Shown here in pieces: positions 25,622 to 40,600 of a stretch of 64,000 nucleotides of DNA (its first letter is position 1; each line of letters opens with the position of its first letter). The notes beneath the pieces were generated by a model that ran no database searches, was not told the origin of the DNA, and saw nothing but the letters and a program-made list of their open reading frames with translations. The stretch comes from Amoebophrya sp. A120 (taxonomy: Eukaryota; Protista; Dinoflagellata), in contig CAJINV010000006.1 in NCBI GenBank assembly GCA_905178155.1, positions 4,408,339 to 4,472,338 on the forward strand. Direction: 5' to 3'. Position numbers and translations under genes: made by a program.

Positions 25622-28600
25622 ATGTTGTTGTGCACTAGTTTTATATCAAAGCGCACTTCTAGTTCCGCGACCAGCGCAGCATCACGGAAGCGACGCAGCT
25701 CGAGTGGTTACTTTTTTCGCTGTCAACTACACACTTTCTTGACTTTAACTTTTCTCGTCTTCCTGGCGCAAAAGTCCTCCTCCGTTGTGGGGGCAGGTGT
25801 GAAGGTACTAGGTGGTGGAGATGAGGCCGCGGGTGGAACAACATCAGGAGCATATTGCAGTGAAAAATGCCCCCAGCCCCAAAGTTGCAAAAATTTGTGA
25901 TGCGAAGTTTCCCAATGAAAACTTTTTGCCATGCATGAAAGGAGTATGAATCTTTCTGATGTAGATTCTATTCGTGTATCGCATCGCTTGCATGACAAAC
26001 GTCACTCTTGCTGGGGTCTTTTGCAATACAAATTTTTGCTATTCACGATTGGAAGCCTGTGATGCTGATAGATGCAAGAAGGCAAATTTTTGATTTGGAA
26101 AGGTTTGCAATACAAATGCTCCCAAGTTCGGGGGTGGGGGCTTTTTTCCTTTTGATAGAGCACGACCCTTGGTCGTGGAGGACCACGACGTGCCTAGTGC
26201 AAGAACAAGAACTCATTCTGTGGAACAAGTGGTCACAGAACCTGCAGGAACATCAACGACTGTGGTCCCTACAAGAGCCACCTCCTGTGAACCACGAGAA
26301 GGACCACGACTAGAAGAGGACCCAGGAGTAGATATTACAGGAGTTGTAGACGCATGTAGGTCATCATCATCATCATTTCCATTGGCAACAGCTACACCGT
26401 CCGAACTGCGTCCTGCCACACCGCCCGCGGAAAGCGAAGTGCCGGCGGGTTTTTTATTTCGGCACATGCTATTGGACCGGCATGGGGACCCGCAGGGATT
26501 TTTATGGAAAGAACCACAGGAGCCCACAACGACAAAAGATGTTTATCACGCAGAGGCTATTCCCGCCCCCGACGCAAATGAGGTTCCCGCGGGGTTTGGC
26601 CTGCTGGGATTCCATCAAGGACCTGCTTCACAGCAAAGTGGGAGGCGGCAGAATGGAACTACAAGAACTAACTACGAAAATTATGATATTGAAAACAAAT
26701 GGCACGAGGACGATATCAGTGCGAGTGACGACGCGCTAAGCATCCGCGCCCTTGTAAGCAGTGCCGACGGACGTGGAGCAGAGCCTCCACCACCGGGTAT
26801 TAGAATTGCAAGCGGAACTACTGCAGCTGCAGCTGCGCCACCACCAGCTCCTGCATCAAGTTATACTTCTACCGTCGACGTAGTAGCACCGCCAAGTGAA
26901 GACACCAGCAGGAGAACGTCCAAAACGAGTCAAGGAAGTGGAGCTCCTGCAGCTGCATCGTCCGGTAGTTATTATACTAAAAGTAGTTCATCTCGGTGGA
27001 AATCCGGCGCGCCGGGGCGCAAAGAAAAAATCGCGGCGCGCCAAAAAACTCCGCCAGCTGCCCCGAGAAGTAGGGTCAAGCATGACGCGGAAGGCGAACA
27101 GGATAAAAATTATGTCAATATATCTGTGCTGCCGTCGAGAAAAGTGAAAATAGCAAGTCCAAGACACGACCCCGGCGAGGTAGCCCGACTCGCTGCTGCT
27201 TTGGAAGCGCTATGAATCGCAAAAGTATCTCCCGATACTTGTATAAATGCATTACAAATTTGTTTCCTCAGCATTGAAAATGAAATTTTTATTGCAGAAT
27301 TACCTTGAGAAAAAGATTTGTATTGCATGATTGCAATTTATTACTACGAGTGCGATACTTTTGCACAGGATAGACGCTGCGTTTGCCCGCGAGGGTCATG
27401 GTCGCACCAGAAAGGGATGAGTATAACTATGAATTGCAAAAATGTCTGGGTCTGGGAGATTGCTGAGGTTTGTGATGCTGTGTCTGCCTGAAACAGTCAG
27501 AAGGTGTGCCATGCAAGGCCTAGCATCACAGGTTTTGAGACGGTTTCCCAATCCTTGATCCGCATGACAAACGCCTTCTTTCGGCGACAGGAAAAAGGAG
27601 CTCCCTTTGCTGTCTGAGCATGACAGATTTTTGTGTGATCCAAGTATGCATCACAAGTTCGCATCTTTCCAGACCCAGACATTTTTGCATTTGATAATAA
27701 CATTAATCATAAAAGCTATACTAGCGAGGAACTTGTACAACATCTTCACGGCGGACCACCTGCTGATGCTTTGAAGAACGGCGCGGCTGAGCACGACGAC
27801 CAAAGGGGGCTAGAGGTACCCTCGAGTGAACCACCACCACCCTGGACGACGTCGAGGGGCGAACAAGAAAGGGAGCTGGTGGAACAAGTACCCCGTGTTG
27901 AAGATGAGAAAGGGATGAGAGGCGGAATAAAGAGCCCCGTAGAGCAACTTCATCTTGCACGACGTCAACAAGTAGACCCGTTCGCGGGTAGTTTTAGACC
28001 AGCTGCCGAGCAGCAGAGCAGCAGTCCAGCTGCCCGCGGAGGTGGTCCACCTCTCGACGTTCTTGAGAACGGAGTAGGAGAAGACTGCAGTAAAGTAGGA
28101 CTACAGCATCGACGTTCTCCACCCCGAAGAACAAACACGGCAGGTTCGTTATTACAATGAAAAATGCCCCCACCCCCGAACTTGAAAGTATTTGTATTGC
28201 AAAGCTTTCCAAATGAAACATTCGGCCTCTTGCATGTATCAGCATCACAGATTTCCGATCGTGAATAGCAAAAATTTGTATTGCAAAAGATCCCAGCAAG
28301 AGCGGTGCTTCTCATGTAAGCGATGCGAACCACGACTAGAATCTGCATCAGAAAGCTTCATACTCCTTTCATGCATGACAAAAAGTTTTCATTTGGAAAC
28401 TTCGCATCACAATTTTTTGCAACTTTGGGGTGGGAGGCCCTTTTCACTGTAATATTCGTTTGCAGAAGAAGGGGATCGAGCGGCGGGACCTGGTGGAGTT
28501 CTTGCGGCGCGTCGCCCCCCCGGTGCCTTTACTCCCCCCTCTCCTGTGCTGCGCTGCATGGATTTGGGAGAAAAAATACCGTGGTCACCCTCTTCTTCAC

Positions 28601-31600
28601 CGGAGCTCTTGTTTTCAGCATCTCCGCCGGGTCGTACTGAGGGGGCTCCGAAAGAAGTACAACGGCCAGCCCACTTCGAGAGGAAAATGAAGTCACCGAC
28701 TTCTTCTCCTGAGAGTCACCCGAAAGAACACCGACCAGAGCCAAACTTCGAGAAGCGGCCAGAGCCAGACTTTGAGAGGACGCGAAAAAGCAGAAGTTCC
28801 AGCCCTAGCAGAAGCCGAAGATCAAGTATGAGAGTGCACAACTCGACGTCCCCCTCCCCTCATTTGTATGGCATGAGCACGAGCAGCAAAAATACAGACA
28901 CCAGGAGCTCCAATGGAGCGTTGGCTTTCATGTTGGCATCAAGTTGATTCGCCTATAACATAGCATTGTGTCGTGGTCTCCTTCTTCCGAGATTATTCGT
29001 CATGCAAAAATAAACCGTGTCACACTTCTCACAACGCGACGATAGGATTTTGGATTTTGCATTACAAGTGAGGGGGACGACGGGGAGTTGTTGCGCACGG
29101 TCATATCAAAAAAAAGCAGCAACCGAGTATACGGCCCTCCTGACCATCAAGAGCTTCTTGAGAAACTGCAACACCTGGCCGTGACGCAAGATAGTGTCAA
29201 CATCAAGGAAAGCGAAAGAAAAACTACACCTACAGCTAACCTCCTCAAACGCCAACCACATGCTGGCGATTTGGCCGCCTTCTCTCGCGGAGATTTGGCC
29301 GCCGCGGCGGTTGGGAATGGGAGTGAAAGTGCTCCTCCTAGTGGTGCATATCAAAAGGAAAAATCCCCCCTCCCCAAAACGAAGTTTCTGATGCTGGATT
29401 TGCGTACACAAATCAGATCTGTCTTGCTGGGGAGGACTTCAGGCCTATACTAAGCCTCAGTAGAGAGGTTTCGGGCTAGGCACTGAGCATGGCAAGCGTC
29501 TAGTTTGTAGGGCCCATAGCATCACAGATCGCCTGCAGAATGCGGCGGAGCCTGTGGAGATGCGTTTTTGCATGACAGAGACGATTTGTGGTCACAAATC
29601 AGCATTGCGAATTTTCCGAGGCGTACCTTTTCGATATGGGGAGGGAGGATTTTTCCTTGCGATAGTGCACCTCTCGACCACGTTCTAGCGCCGGTCGTGG
29701 ACGAGGTTGACCAAGTACATCACACGAAAATCAGCAAAGAAGGAGACGCTCCTGTTGATCATCAGGTAGAAGTAGTAGAGCAGAGTCGACGTGGTCCTCC
29801 GGTAGAAATATTAAATCCCCCTACCGGCGGCCTTGGGCTTGGCAGTATCTTTGGAACGGCAAGTAGAACCGCGGAGAATTGTGCGCAGAGTAGTTGCCAA
29901 CACAACGGGCAGGACGTGAAAATAGTACCTTCGGAAGAAGAAGAAGTACAAGTTGTAGCACAACAAGATGAAAAATCCTCATCCATCCGGCAAGATGGAC
30001 CAGCACGGTCGTTTAACGAGGCTGTAGATCTCGCAACTGCAACAGTGCGTCGTAGTGCTGGAGGTCGTGCCACGGGTTGCCGTACTAGTTCATCATCATC
30101 AAGATCATCGTCATCATCATCCTCATCATTATCGCCCGGTCCTTGCAGTGCTACTTTCACCGCACCGTCGTCGTCGTGTACTGCTTCCAGAAGATCTTCC
30201 CGTAGACGGCGGCGAAAAATAAACGAAACCGACGCGGCATTTTTGCCCGCGAGCGAGACCAAGGAAGATGAAGATCCAGCATCTAGTACTAGTCCGGCGG
30301 TGCGGCGGCCGGATTTTGATAAACAAAGGCCAGATCTTCAAGCCACAGGGCTGGCAGCTGCTGCTCCCGGTAGTACCGATCCCTCGGGCGGGATACTGCA
30401 CGAAGATGAAGAATTAGAGCGGCAGTGGTCACCAGTGACAGCCCTTGAGCCGGAACCGGAGCCTGCAGACCATGGTGCAGGAGTCGATGTGTCACCAACT
30501 AGATATCAAAAGTAAAAATGTCTGGGTCTGGAAACTTGTGATGCTGGGTGGCGTCTCATGATGAGGCTACAAACGCTGGCTCAGCATGACAAGTTTCTGA
30601 GCTCCTAGCTGTTGCCTATTCTGCATGACAAACTGCGCTTCTGCATCACAGAAAAACGGAGCTCTTGGGTAACTAACGTGCATGACAGATTTAACAGTCA
30701 TGCCAGACAAGCATGACAAACATGAATTCTTCCAGACCCAGACATTTTTGCATTTGATACTAGAACACATCAAACAAGTCCCCACGAGGACACGCGGCTG
30801 TTGTTGCCGACAGCAGTAGTTCCTGCTTTGCTGCCAAACAACAATGTTGAAGAACCTGTAGCACGACAAGAAGATCATGAGCCTTTTTCATCTCGTGGTC
30901 GAGAGCATGTAGTTCATCTTCCAGTCGAGGAAACTGACGGGCAAACGAGAGCGTTACTAGAGTTTTTATGTGGTGTAGCAGAACGAGCTGCAGTGGAGGT
31001 ATTCTAAGGAAAAATCCCCCCTCCCCATATCGAAGATTTGTGTTGCTGATTTGAGGTCACAAATCACGTCTGTCTCGCAAGAAGACAAGGGGAGAGGCCT
31101 CCGCACCATTATGGAAGCGATTTGGCATGCTGTTGCGCCTAGGGGACGCCTGTTTGCAATGCTAAGCAACTAGACCTATACGCCCCTACCTAGGCCGAGG
31201 ATCTGGCTGCGATGCCTTACTGCAAGACAAATCCGATTTGTGTACCCAGATCCTGCATGACAGATTTCCATTTCGATATGGGGAGGGGGAGTTTTTCCTT
31301 TTGATAGGAGGAGAGCCACGACCACGAGGAGTCTATGCAGGAAAAAGTAGAACAAGGACCAGCATCAAGCGAAGAGAAAGAACTACCACAAGCAGCTGCA
31401 GCAGCAAGACCGGCCGCGCAAGAACGTGACGAGATGAGCAGTAGAACTGCTCACCAGATGAAAGCAGAAATTAATATACCTCCTCATGGTGTTGAACAAG
31501 ACATCAATCAGAGCCATAATCAACCGTTTCCTTTTTCCCAGGAAAATAAAAACCCGTTTTACCCCTACAACAGCTACGATGAAGCGCTCGAGGATATCCT

Positions 31601-34600
31601 GAGTAAAAACGTACCCACACCATAGTCAAGATGGGGAATCGGCTAGACAAATCCACAAGTTTTGGCTGTTTTGCATGACAAATTTGGATTCGTAGTATAG
31701 TGCTGTTTGAGCTAGCTCAGCAGCATCACAGATCTAGCATACCATGCTGATTGGAGCATGACAAATTGCAAAACATGACTAGAAAACGCTTCTCATGGAG
31801 CTCCGCATGAGAAACATTTTCAGCATGCAGATTTGCATTACAACTCTGGCGTGGGTACGTTTTTACTCAGGATAGAGGACGGGTTTTTGGCGATCACCCG
31901 AGAGGTTTTGAACAATATCAAATGCAAAAGTGTCATCTGGGTCTGGAAGGTTGTGAGACTTGTCATGCAGATTTTCCATGATCCATGTCGTCTGGAATGC
32001 AGGACCTAGTAGCGTGACAGATTCTGTGAAATCCCTATCATGCCTATCCTGCATGAGAAACGTCCTCTCAACTTGGTCAAAAGTGGGCACGCTTTGGGGT
32101 TGTCCGTCATCGTGATAGGGTCAGCAAGTATGACCAATAGACCCCAGCTTACGTAATAGCGCGCAACCGGCCACAAAACTAAGACGCGAGCAAGTTTGTA
32201 AGTCTAACCCTTCAAGGCCACGCCGAAGCTCCACCTCGCTCGCGGGCTTGGATGGTAAGGGGGTTCTGCCACACGTAGCGCCCACGGGTCGTAGTTGCGC
32301 GTAAGTAATCGATAGCGGTTTTGCGGATGCGGCCGGGTGGTAGATAGGACGCGGAGCAAGTATCCACCTAGGGGTATCGGCAGAGGCTAAATCTGTTCTA
32401 GCGCCCAGGTATTAGCAGAGGCTAAATCTGTTCTAACGCCCACCCGCCAGGAGTCAAATGGTCACTACTACTACTACTAACTTGGTCAAAAGTGGACAAC
32501 TTTTGGCATTCATGCAACACAGATTTTTGCACGATCCAGAATTGGCATTACAAGTTGCATCCTTCCAGACCCAGACATATTTGCATTTGATAAACAGGCA
32601 CCAGCGGACATTTCAGTTTTCGGTCTCGGAGACCGCGGGCCAAGCGGAACTGCGGCGAATCGAAGAGAAGCGGCTGCAAGAGAAACGGGATTTCGAACAG
32701 CTCCAAGACGAACAGACGCGCAAGCGGCAGAGTTTTTTCAATTTTCTCACCAGCCAAGCACCGCAGTTCGAGTTTGCAAAGTATCTCGGGGTCGGGGGGT
32801 CGGGCGACGGGACAAATCATGCCTGGGCGAGTGTAGAGCAGGCGCGGAATGGCGCGGATATGCTGGAAACGAGACGGGCCCGCGAAGAAGCCTATTTCTG
32901 GTGCACGGAGCATTTGAAGTTGGTGCAGTCAGACTTTACACTATGGGGTCGTCAACGTTGTATTTGCCTCAGACCGTAAAAAAAATTCTGCGCGCATTTT
33001 TTCGCGGCGCGAAGCTAGTAAACCTGTGCACGCTAGTGAGGGGCTGACTTGAAGGCGGTTTGTTTTACCTAGCTTGTCAGAAACAGTGCTCCAGTAGGTA
33101 AGTGAGTATTGACGCGAAGGGGGGCGGGGTGCTGGGGGTTCTTCTGTGGCTGATGTTTCCACCTAGAAAACGCCGGGCGCGCGCAATATTTTGCTCCGTT
33201 TTCCGGATTGCTCTCTCCGTGCAGCTATTTGCCGCTATGGCCTGGGTCAGCGTGTGAGGCTGGAAACGCCCCGCGAGATGCCTACACAGGCCCTGGCCTC
33301 GTCGCCTCTAGCAGGCACCACACACACATGTTGGCCGCGAAGGCCTTTCCGGAGCCCTTCCAAAAAGGGGGGGCCGGAGGGGTACCCGGAACCCTAAAAA
33401 AAAGCCTATTGCCTTTTCTTCGAATCACGATGCTGCTACCCCTCCCCAAAAGGGGTCCCGGAACCCCTCGGGGAACCCTTCCCGAAAGGGTCTCGGGCTT
33501 TTCGCATTTTGCCGAAAAAGCCGCAAAGGCAAAATGCGCGCGCGCCTGCCGGTACACGCGTGCGCAGCTGCGCGACATTAGAAACAAGAGGAGGCGCAGC
33601 CGCGGCCGGTTCCGTTTGCGCCCTCGACTCCGACCGACTTGCACAGATTGAGGCCCATTGTCTAGCGGCTGGACTGCAAGAGGACCTGCTGCAGCACCTC
33701 CAGGCTGCAGGGGCGCTCCGAGGCAAGTCCGTGGAGCAGCAGCGCCGGATAGCTCCGTCTTTAGCCACTGAGAAGCGCTGCGAATAGGCTAGCTATTTCA
33801 TTAGGTGCGCAACATAGTGGGGGGCTATACGTGTGCAACGTGATGGATATCAAATACAAAAAAAGGCGCGCGGAAATTTTTTTACAGCTTGAGGCAAATA
33901 CAAGTTTGACGACGCCATATACACCGGGTGGGCTGTACTACAACAATGCATACAAGAATAGAGGAGTGGATGAAGCAGCAGCGCCAGGGGTAATGCGAGG
34001 GGGTCTGCGTGGTCTTCGAAGAAGGGCACAACAAGATGTTGAAACAAAGGCACTTCTTCTATCAAAAGGAAAAATCCCCCCTCCCCATATCGAAAAGGAA
34101 ACTTGTAATGCTGGATATGCGTACTCGTACACAAATCAGATCTGTCTTGCAGTAGAGAACTGCAAGCATATGCCAACCCTGGGCAGCGAGGTTCTGACAT
34201 AGGCACCCAGCATTACATATGTCCACGCTGTAGGCCGAGCAGCATCACAAACCGCCTGCACAACGCGGCGCAGCCTGTGGAGTTGGCTACATGCAAAACA
34301 GAGACGATTTGTGGTCACAAATCAGCATTGCAAATTTTCCGTGGCTTCTTTTTTGATATGGGGAGGGGGGATTTTTCCTCGCAATATCTTCGCGACCTAG
34401 CGGAAACGACGATAGAGACGGTATTAGAAACCCCGTTGTGCCGGCAGTATTTGCTCTTAAACGTCCCATATCAACTGTAAAAATGTCTGGGTCTGGAAGA
34501 TTCTGACACTTGTCATGCATAATTTGTATGACCCATGATGCCTGCATATGCATGCCCTAGCATGACAGTTTTTTTGAGAGCTTCTTGATGCCTATTCCGC

Positions 34601-37600
34601 ATGACAAATGCCCTCTCCGCGTAGCAAAAATTACACGTCTTTTGGTACTCATGCAATACAGATTTTTCTGGAATCCAAATGCAGCATCACAAGTTGCATT
34701 CTTTCAGACCCAGACATTTTTACGATTTGATATCCCAGATAGCCGCATGGAGCACACGTTCTTTCAGACCCTGCTCGGCATGGGTGTCTGCTCCATCGGG
34801 GAAAACTACCAGAATTTTCGCCGGAGACAGGACTTTTACCACGACAAATTTCCTAAAAGCAGGCTCGGCGGAGGACTTCTAAACGCGGGCATCATGGAGT
34901 TGCACATTCGGGAAGAGTATGGATTGCAAATATGTCTGAGTCTGGAAACTTGTAATGCTAAAAGTGAATGACAAACGCACTGCAATACGCAGCTATACGT
35001 GACAGATTTTTTGGCTGCCATGTCTTACGTATTCCGCATGGCAGTCTGCGTTTTTGCATGACAGGTAAGAGGGCCTCTTCGTGGCTATGCAACACAGATT
35101 CTCGAGTCATGCCAGACAAGCATGACAAACCTGGCAATCTTCCAGACCCAGACATTTTTACATTTGATAAAGAGTGTAGTAGAAGTACTGCTACTTCTCA
35201 TGAAGATCCTAGCGATCATCGTCCTGAAGTAGGTTTTGAAGGCCCTGGTGAAGGTGGAGCTGAAGCTCCACCTGCTCCTGCCCCTACTTGCCAGAAGAAG
35301 ATGGTGATGTTTGCCGACTTATCCTGAGTAAAAACGTCCCGGTAAATCTGCAACACATATCCCCAACTTTTGGGAGCTGTGCATGAGAAGTTTCCATCTG
35401 CAGCGTAGTGCTGATTAGCAAGGACACCCGCATCATAAAGATGCCTGCTCATCATGCTGTTTACAGCATTACAAACGCCAGAACACAAACACCAATTCCT
35501 CTTGTCCGGATGCGCATTACAGATGCAGATCTGCATGACAACCAACTATGAACCGGGAACGTTTTTGCCCGGGATGAGATTCCATAGGTGAGGAAGTTGT
35601 CCTCCCCTACGAGGACGCGTGTTTATCCCTGATTCCGCAGCACCTGGTATCAATTGCAAAAATGTCTGGGTTTGGAAGAACGCAAGATTTGTGATGCAGG
35701 TTTTCCATGACCCATGAGGTCTGGAATGCGAGACCCAGCATGACAGATTCTTTGAGGTCTCTATCATGCCTTTCCTGCATGAGAAGCTCCCTCTCAACTT
35801 GGCCAAAAGCGGAACACCTTTTCGTACTCACGCAACACAGATTTTTGCATCATTCAGATTTAGCATGACAAGTTCTAATCTTCCAGACCCAGACAGTTTT
35901 GCATTTGATACCTGGCGCAAAACCGGCACTTTCTCATGAAGCTCGTTGACGAATCGCGGACCCGTTTCGACAGCACCGTCTTCAAAAAAGACAAAGACTG
36001 GGTATGACTTGCTCAAACCGGTTACCATCTCAAACGTTACAATAGAAACTGAGATTTGTCTTGCATTATGAGCATCACAGACTCGACGCAGAGCGTTCCA
36101 CTTTCTGCAATACAAATTTCGCCAGATTGTAGTGGGGTTTGGTGCTCCGGAACCTGTCATGCGCAATCCTATGAGAATTGGCTAGATCATGCACTCTTGC
36201 ATCACAGATTTCCATATTCTATTGTAACGCTTGAGATTGTAACACCTGAGCGGGTTATACTGGCAAGAAGGCCTGGCCGGGCGGTTTCCGGGGGACGGAC
36301 AGGGCCCCGCAACGTTAAGTGAGCGGGCGGACTTGGATAGTGACCTAAACTCAATCGCTATCCTGAGAAAAAAGTGTTACAGTTACACATTGTGTTGCGA
36401 GCCCAGCATGACAGACAACCTCTGTCATGCCAGAAATGCTTCCGCGCTTCATTTCATACGTGCTTTCCCTTATGTTCTGTGCATTGCAAGTTTTCCCTCT
36501 CATGCAGAGAAAATTTGTGTTGCTGAAGTTACAACAAATGTGTGACTGTGACACTTTTTTCTTGTGACAATCGCGGCGAGCAGCCTCTCCACGCTGATGG
36601 CGGGGCTGGGCTTGGGCAGCAATATCCTGTGTAAAAACGTCCCCACCTCCCCAGAGTTGTCATAGGATACAGATTTGCAATTGCAGGAGCATTTGTAAAA
36701 ATGCGCGTCCCCAAGAGAGGCACTTCCAATCGCGTTTTGGCATTTGGTAAAATGCTGCAAACAGGATATTAAGCAGGTGGATTTGTGATGCGGCTGTCCT
36801 TGCTAAAAATATGCGCAACACGACTACGGAGTGCAAGAACTTGTCTGCGTGGCTCCCAAAACTTCTGGATTTGTGTTGCTACGTTCCCAATCATTGACTA
36901 TGGGGTGTGGGCCCCGTTTTTGCATACGATAAGCAATGCGTCGTCCGGACGAAGCGCCTTGTCTGGCTCGAACTCGCACGGCCATTTGTCGGACCTGTAT
37001 CACAGGAAAAAAGTGTTACAGTTACACATAGTCTATGCAGGCCAACAAGGAAGACAGACAACTTCTGTCATGCCGGATATGCATATAGGAGCCTCGTTTC
37101 ATAATATATGTGTTTTCCCGTAGGATTTCTACCGTGCAAGTTTTCTCTCTCATCATGTAGAGATGAAATTTGTGTTGCTGAGTTCTTCACTACAAGTGTG
37201 TAAACACTTTTTTCGTGGGATAACCTGGACGCTTTTTTCAGTAGCAGCGGGGACGAGGAACGTCAACACAGAGCCCTTATCCTGAGTAAGAACGTACCCA
37301 CACCAGAGTTGTAATGCAGATTTGCAAAGACAGGAAGACTTGTAATGCGCATCCCCATGAGAGCTCGCGTATTGGAATTTGTGATGCTGTCAACAGGATG
37401 AGCAGATGGATTTCTGATGCGTTTGCCCTTGCTATAGCCTGCACTACGCTGCGGAATGCAACTTGTCCTGCGTGGCTCCCAAAACTCCTAGGCTTGTGTT
37501 GCAAAATCCCCATCCTGACTCTGGTGTGGGAACGTTTTGACTCAGGATAGCCCTGGGGCAAAAAACTCTGCGGGGCCGCCAGACAGCGGAAACTAAACAA

Positions 37601-40600
37601 GTACCGGCAGTTATGGATGTGTCAGAGTTGAAATCGACAAAGTTGAAATAATTTGTCATGCATAAAATGGATGCCAGTTGGAACCCAGTTGCCAAGTGGC
37701 GCATGACAAATTTCGGTGGTCTCTAAATCGAGTTTGTCATGCTGCTTGGGCAAAGAAGAGCGATTTTCTCATGCTACTTTAGCAGCTCGAGCTGTAACCC
37801 CAAACAGGCTTACAATCGGCCTCACTTGCCTGCTCTGCAACACACGCACCTCGGGTCATGCATTTTATGCATTACAGATTATTTCAACTTTGACGATTTC
37901 AACCCTGACGCTTCCATAGCAGTAGACCCGAAGTTTTTGTCGCCGTTGGTGGAGTATCAAATGTAAAAATGTCTGGGTCTGGAAGAGTGCGCGATTTGTC
38001 ATGCAGCTTTTCCATGACCCATGAGGTCTGGAATGCAGGGCCTAGCATGACAGATTCTGTGCGACCTTTCTCATGCCTATACTGCATGAGAAACTGCCTC
38101 CCGACTTGGTCAAAACTGGACGACTTTTGGTAATCATGCAACACAGATTTTTGCATGCTGCAGATTTAGCATGACAAGTTGCCTTCTTCCAGACCCAGAC
38201 ATTTTTACACTTGATATGGAGGTGCGTACGGAGCATGGGTCGCCAGAAATAACAGCGCCGGCGGCCTGGGAAGGAGGAGATCATTCTCGTGGTTCTCGTC
38301 CAGAAGGTTTTGTAGCATCGCTAGCTTCGCTGAGTTTGCTACGAGAATGCACAAGAACTCCCCTTCGTTCTCATTTCTCATGCAAAACAACAAGTCCATG
38401 CTTTCCTTATACACGAATCAGCATAAACAAATTTGTCATGCAAAAGCGGCACAACTCTTGCTGACGCTTGTATTGCTGTTCATGCAAGAACTTTTATACA
38501 AATGAGGGGGAGACCACGAGCGGGGAGTTGTGCACTCTCATATTTGCCGCCCGGATTTTCTATCAAATGCAAAAATGTCTGGGTCTGGAAGAATCCGAAA
38601 TTTGTTATATGCTGTTTTTGCATGACACAGAATGTCTGTCATGGAAGCCCTAGCATCACAGATTTTTAGAGGCCTTCCTGATGCCTATTCCGCATGACAA
38701 ATGCCCTCCACGCGTAGCACAAACCGGACTCCTCCTGCTGGTCATGCAATACAGAATTTTTTAGAGTCCAAAGTTAGCATCACAAGTTCCAACCTTCCAG
38801 ACATCCAGGGATTTTTGCAATCCATATTTTCGGGTCCCTCATCGCGGTCGTCTTCGCGAAGTAGAGTCTCGTCTCCACTTATCGCCAGAAAAAACTGTTT
38901 CACTGTAAACTTGTAATGCAGAAAATGTATTTCACAAGTGCTTGTCTTGCTACACATGCAAGACAGTGGATCGTCAGCTGTGTTTTATTCCCTTAATAGG
39001 AACCTTGCATGGCATATTTTCTCTGTTATGTAGAACAAACTTGTGATGCAAAACCTGCAAAATCTTTACAGTCGTGAAACACTTCTTTCGTTCGATACTA
39101 CTAATATCTTCGAGCGCGGCCTCATTAGCCTCGTCATTAGCCGCGTTCTCGCGCTCTGAACATCCATCGACAGCAGCGGCTGCTGTACAGGGAACTACTA
39201 CATCGAGAACAAGCAGAACAAGCAGTGTCATTTATTACAATGAAAAATGCCCCCACCCCCGAACTTGAAAGCATTTGTATTGCAAATCTTTCCAAATGAA
39301 ACATTCGCCCTCTTGCGTGTATTAGCATCACAGATTTCCGATCGTGAATAGCAAAAATTTCTATTGCAAAAGATCCCAGCAAGAGCGGTGCTTGTCATGC
39401 AAGGGATGCGAAACACGACTAGAATCTGCATCAGAAAGATTCGTACTCTTTTCATGCATGACAAAAAGCTTTCATTTGGAAACTTCGCATCACAAATTGT
39501 TGCAATTTCAGGGGTGGGGGGCATTTTTCACTGTCATATCACTCCTTCTAGTAGAGATGAGGCATCAGGTCCTCGGGCCGGCTATCAAATGTAAAAGTGT
39601 CTGGGTCTGGAAGCTTGCCAGGTTTGTCATGCATATTTTGGAAGACTCATGATGTCTGTGATGCATGCTCTAGCATGGCAGATTTTTAGAGGCCTTTGTG
39701 ATGCCTCTACCGCATGAGAAATGCCCTCTCGTCCGGGTAGCACAAACTGGAGTTCTGTTGCCGGTCATGCAATGCAAATTCTTTTAGAATCCAGAGACAG
39801 CATCACAAATTTAGAATCTTCCAGACCCAGACATTTTTGCATTTGATACCGGCGCGCCGGGATCGTACGCCCTGTTAGGTGATTGGAAACGACAGACGCG
39901 CGGCGCGGTAGAGGCGTACTCGCAATACATCTTAACTTTCTCGGGCGTGGGGAAGTTGTTGCAACTGTACCACGCCTATGCATTGCAAACATCGATCTGG
40001 GTCTGGAAGGGTGGAACTGTAATGCTAATTCTGGATCGTGCAAAACTCTGTGTTGCATGATGCCAAAAGCTGTCCACTTTTGACCAAGTTGAGAGGAGGT
40101 TTCTCATGCAGGATAGGCATGATAGGGATCTCACAGAATCTGTCATGCTAGGTCCTGCATTCCAGACGACATGGATCATGGAAAATCTGCATGACAAGCC
40201 TCGAAATCTTCCAAACCCACCCATAAATTTGCATTTGATAACACCCCCGCGACGAGAATTTTTTCTCCGACAGGAGGGGAGGAAGACAAGGACAACACGT
40301 ACATCGACGTGGGACTCTTCGCGCACTATTTGTTAAACACGGGCACCACTTACACGCCCTTAATGGTGTGGAACAACTTTCACGATTACGATGAAGAGTT
40401 CCTCTTCGCCAAACCTTTCGGCTACCGTAATCTGCTGAAAACCTGGTTCGCCGTGCCGCCAATGGATCGTGAGGAACTACCTGCTGCTCCAAGTTCAACA
40501 CGAGGTGGAACTACAGACGCACACTACCACCAGTTGCACCACGACGAACCCCAGGATGTCGTGATGGATTTAAGCAGCGTCAGCGAGACTGCGTTTGTCC

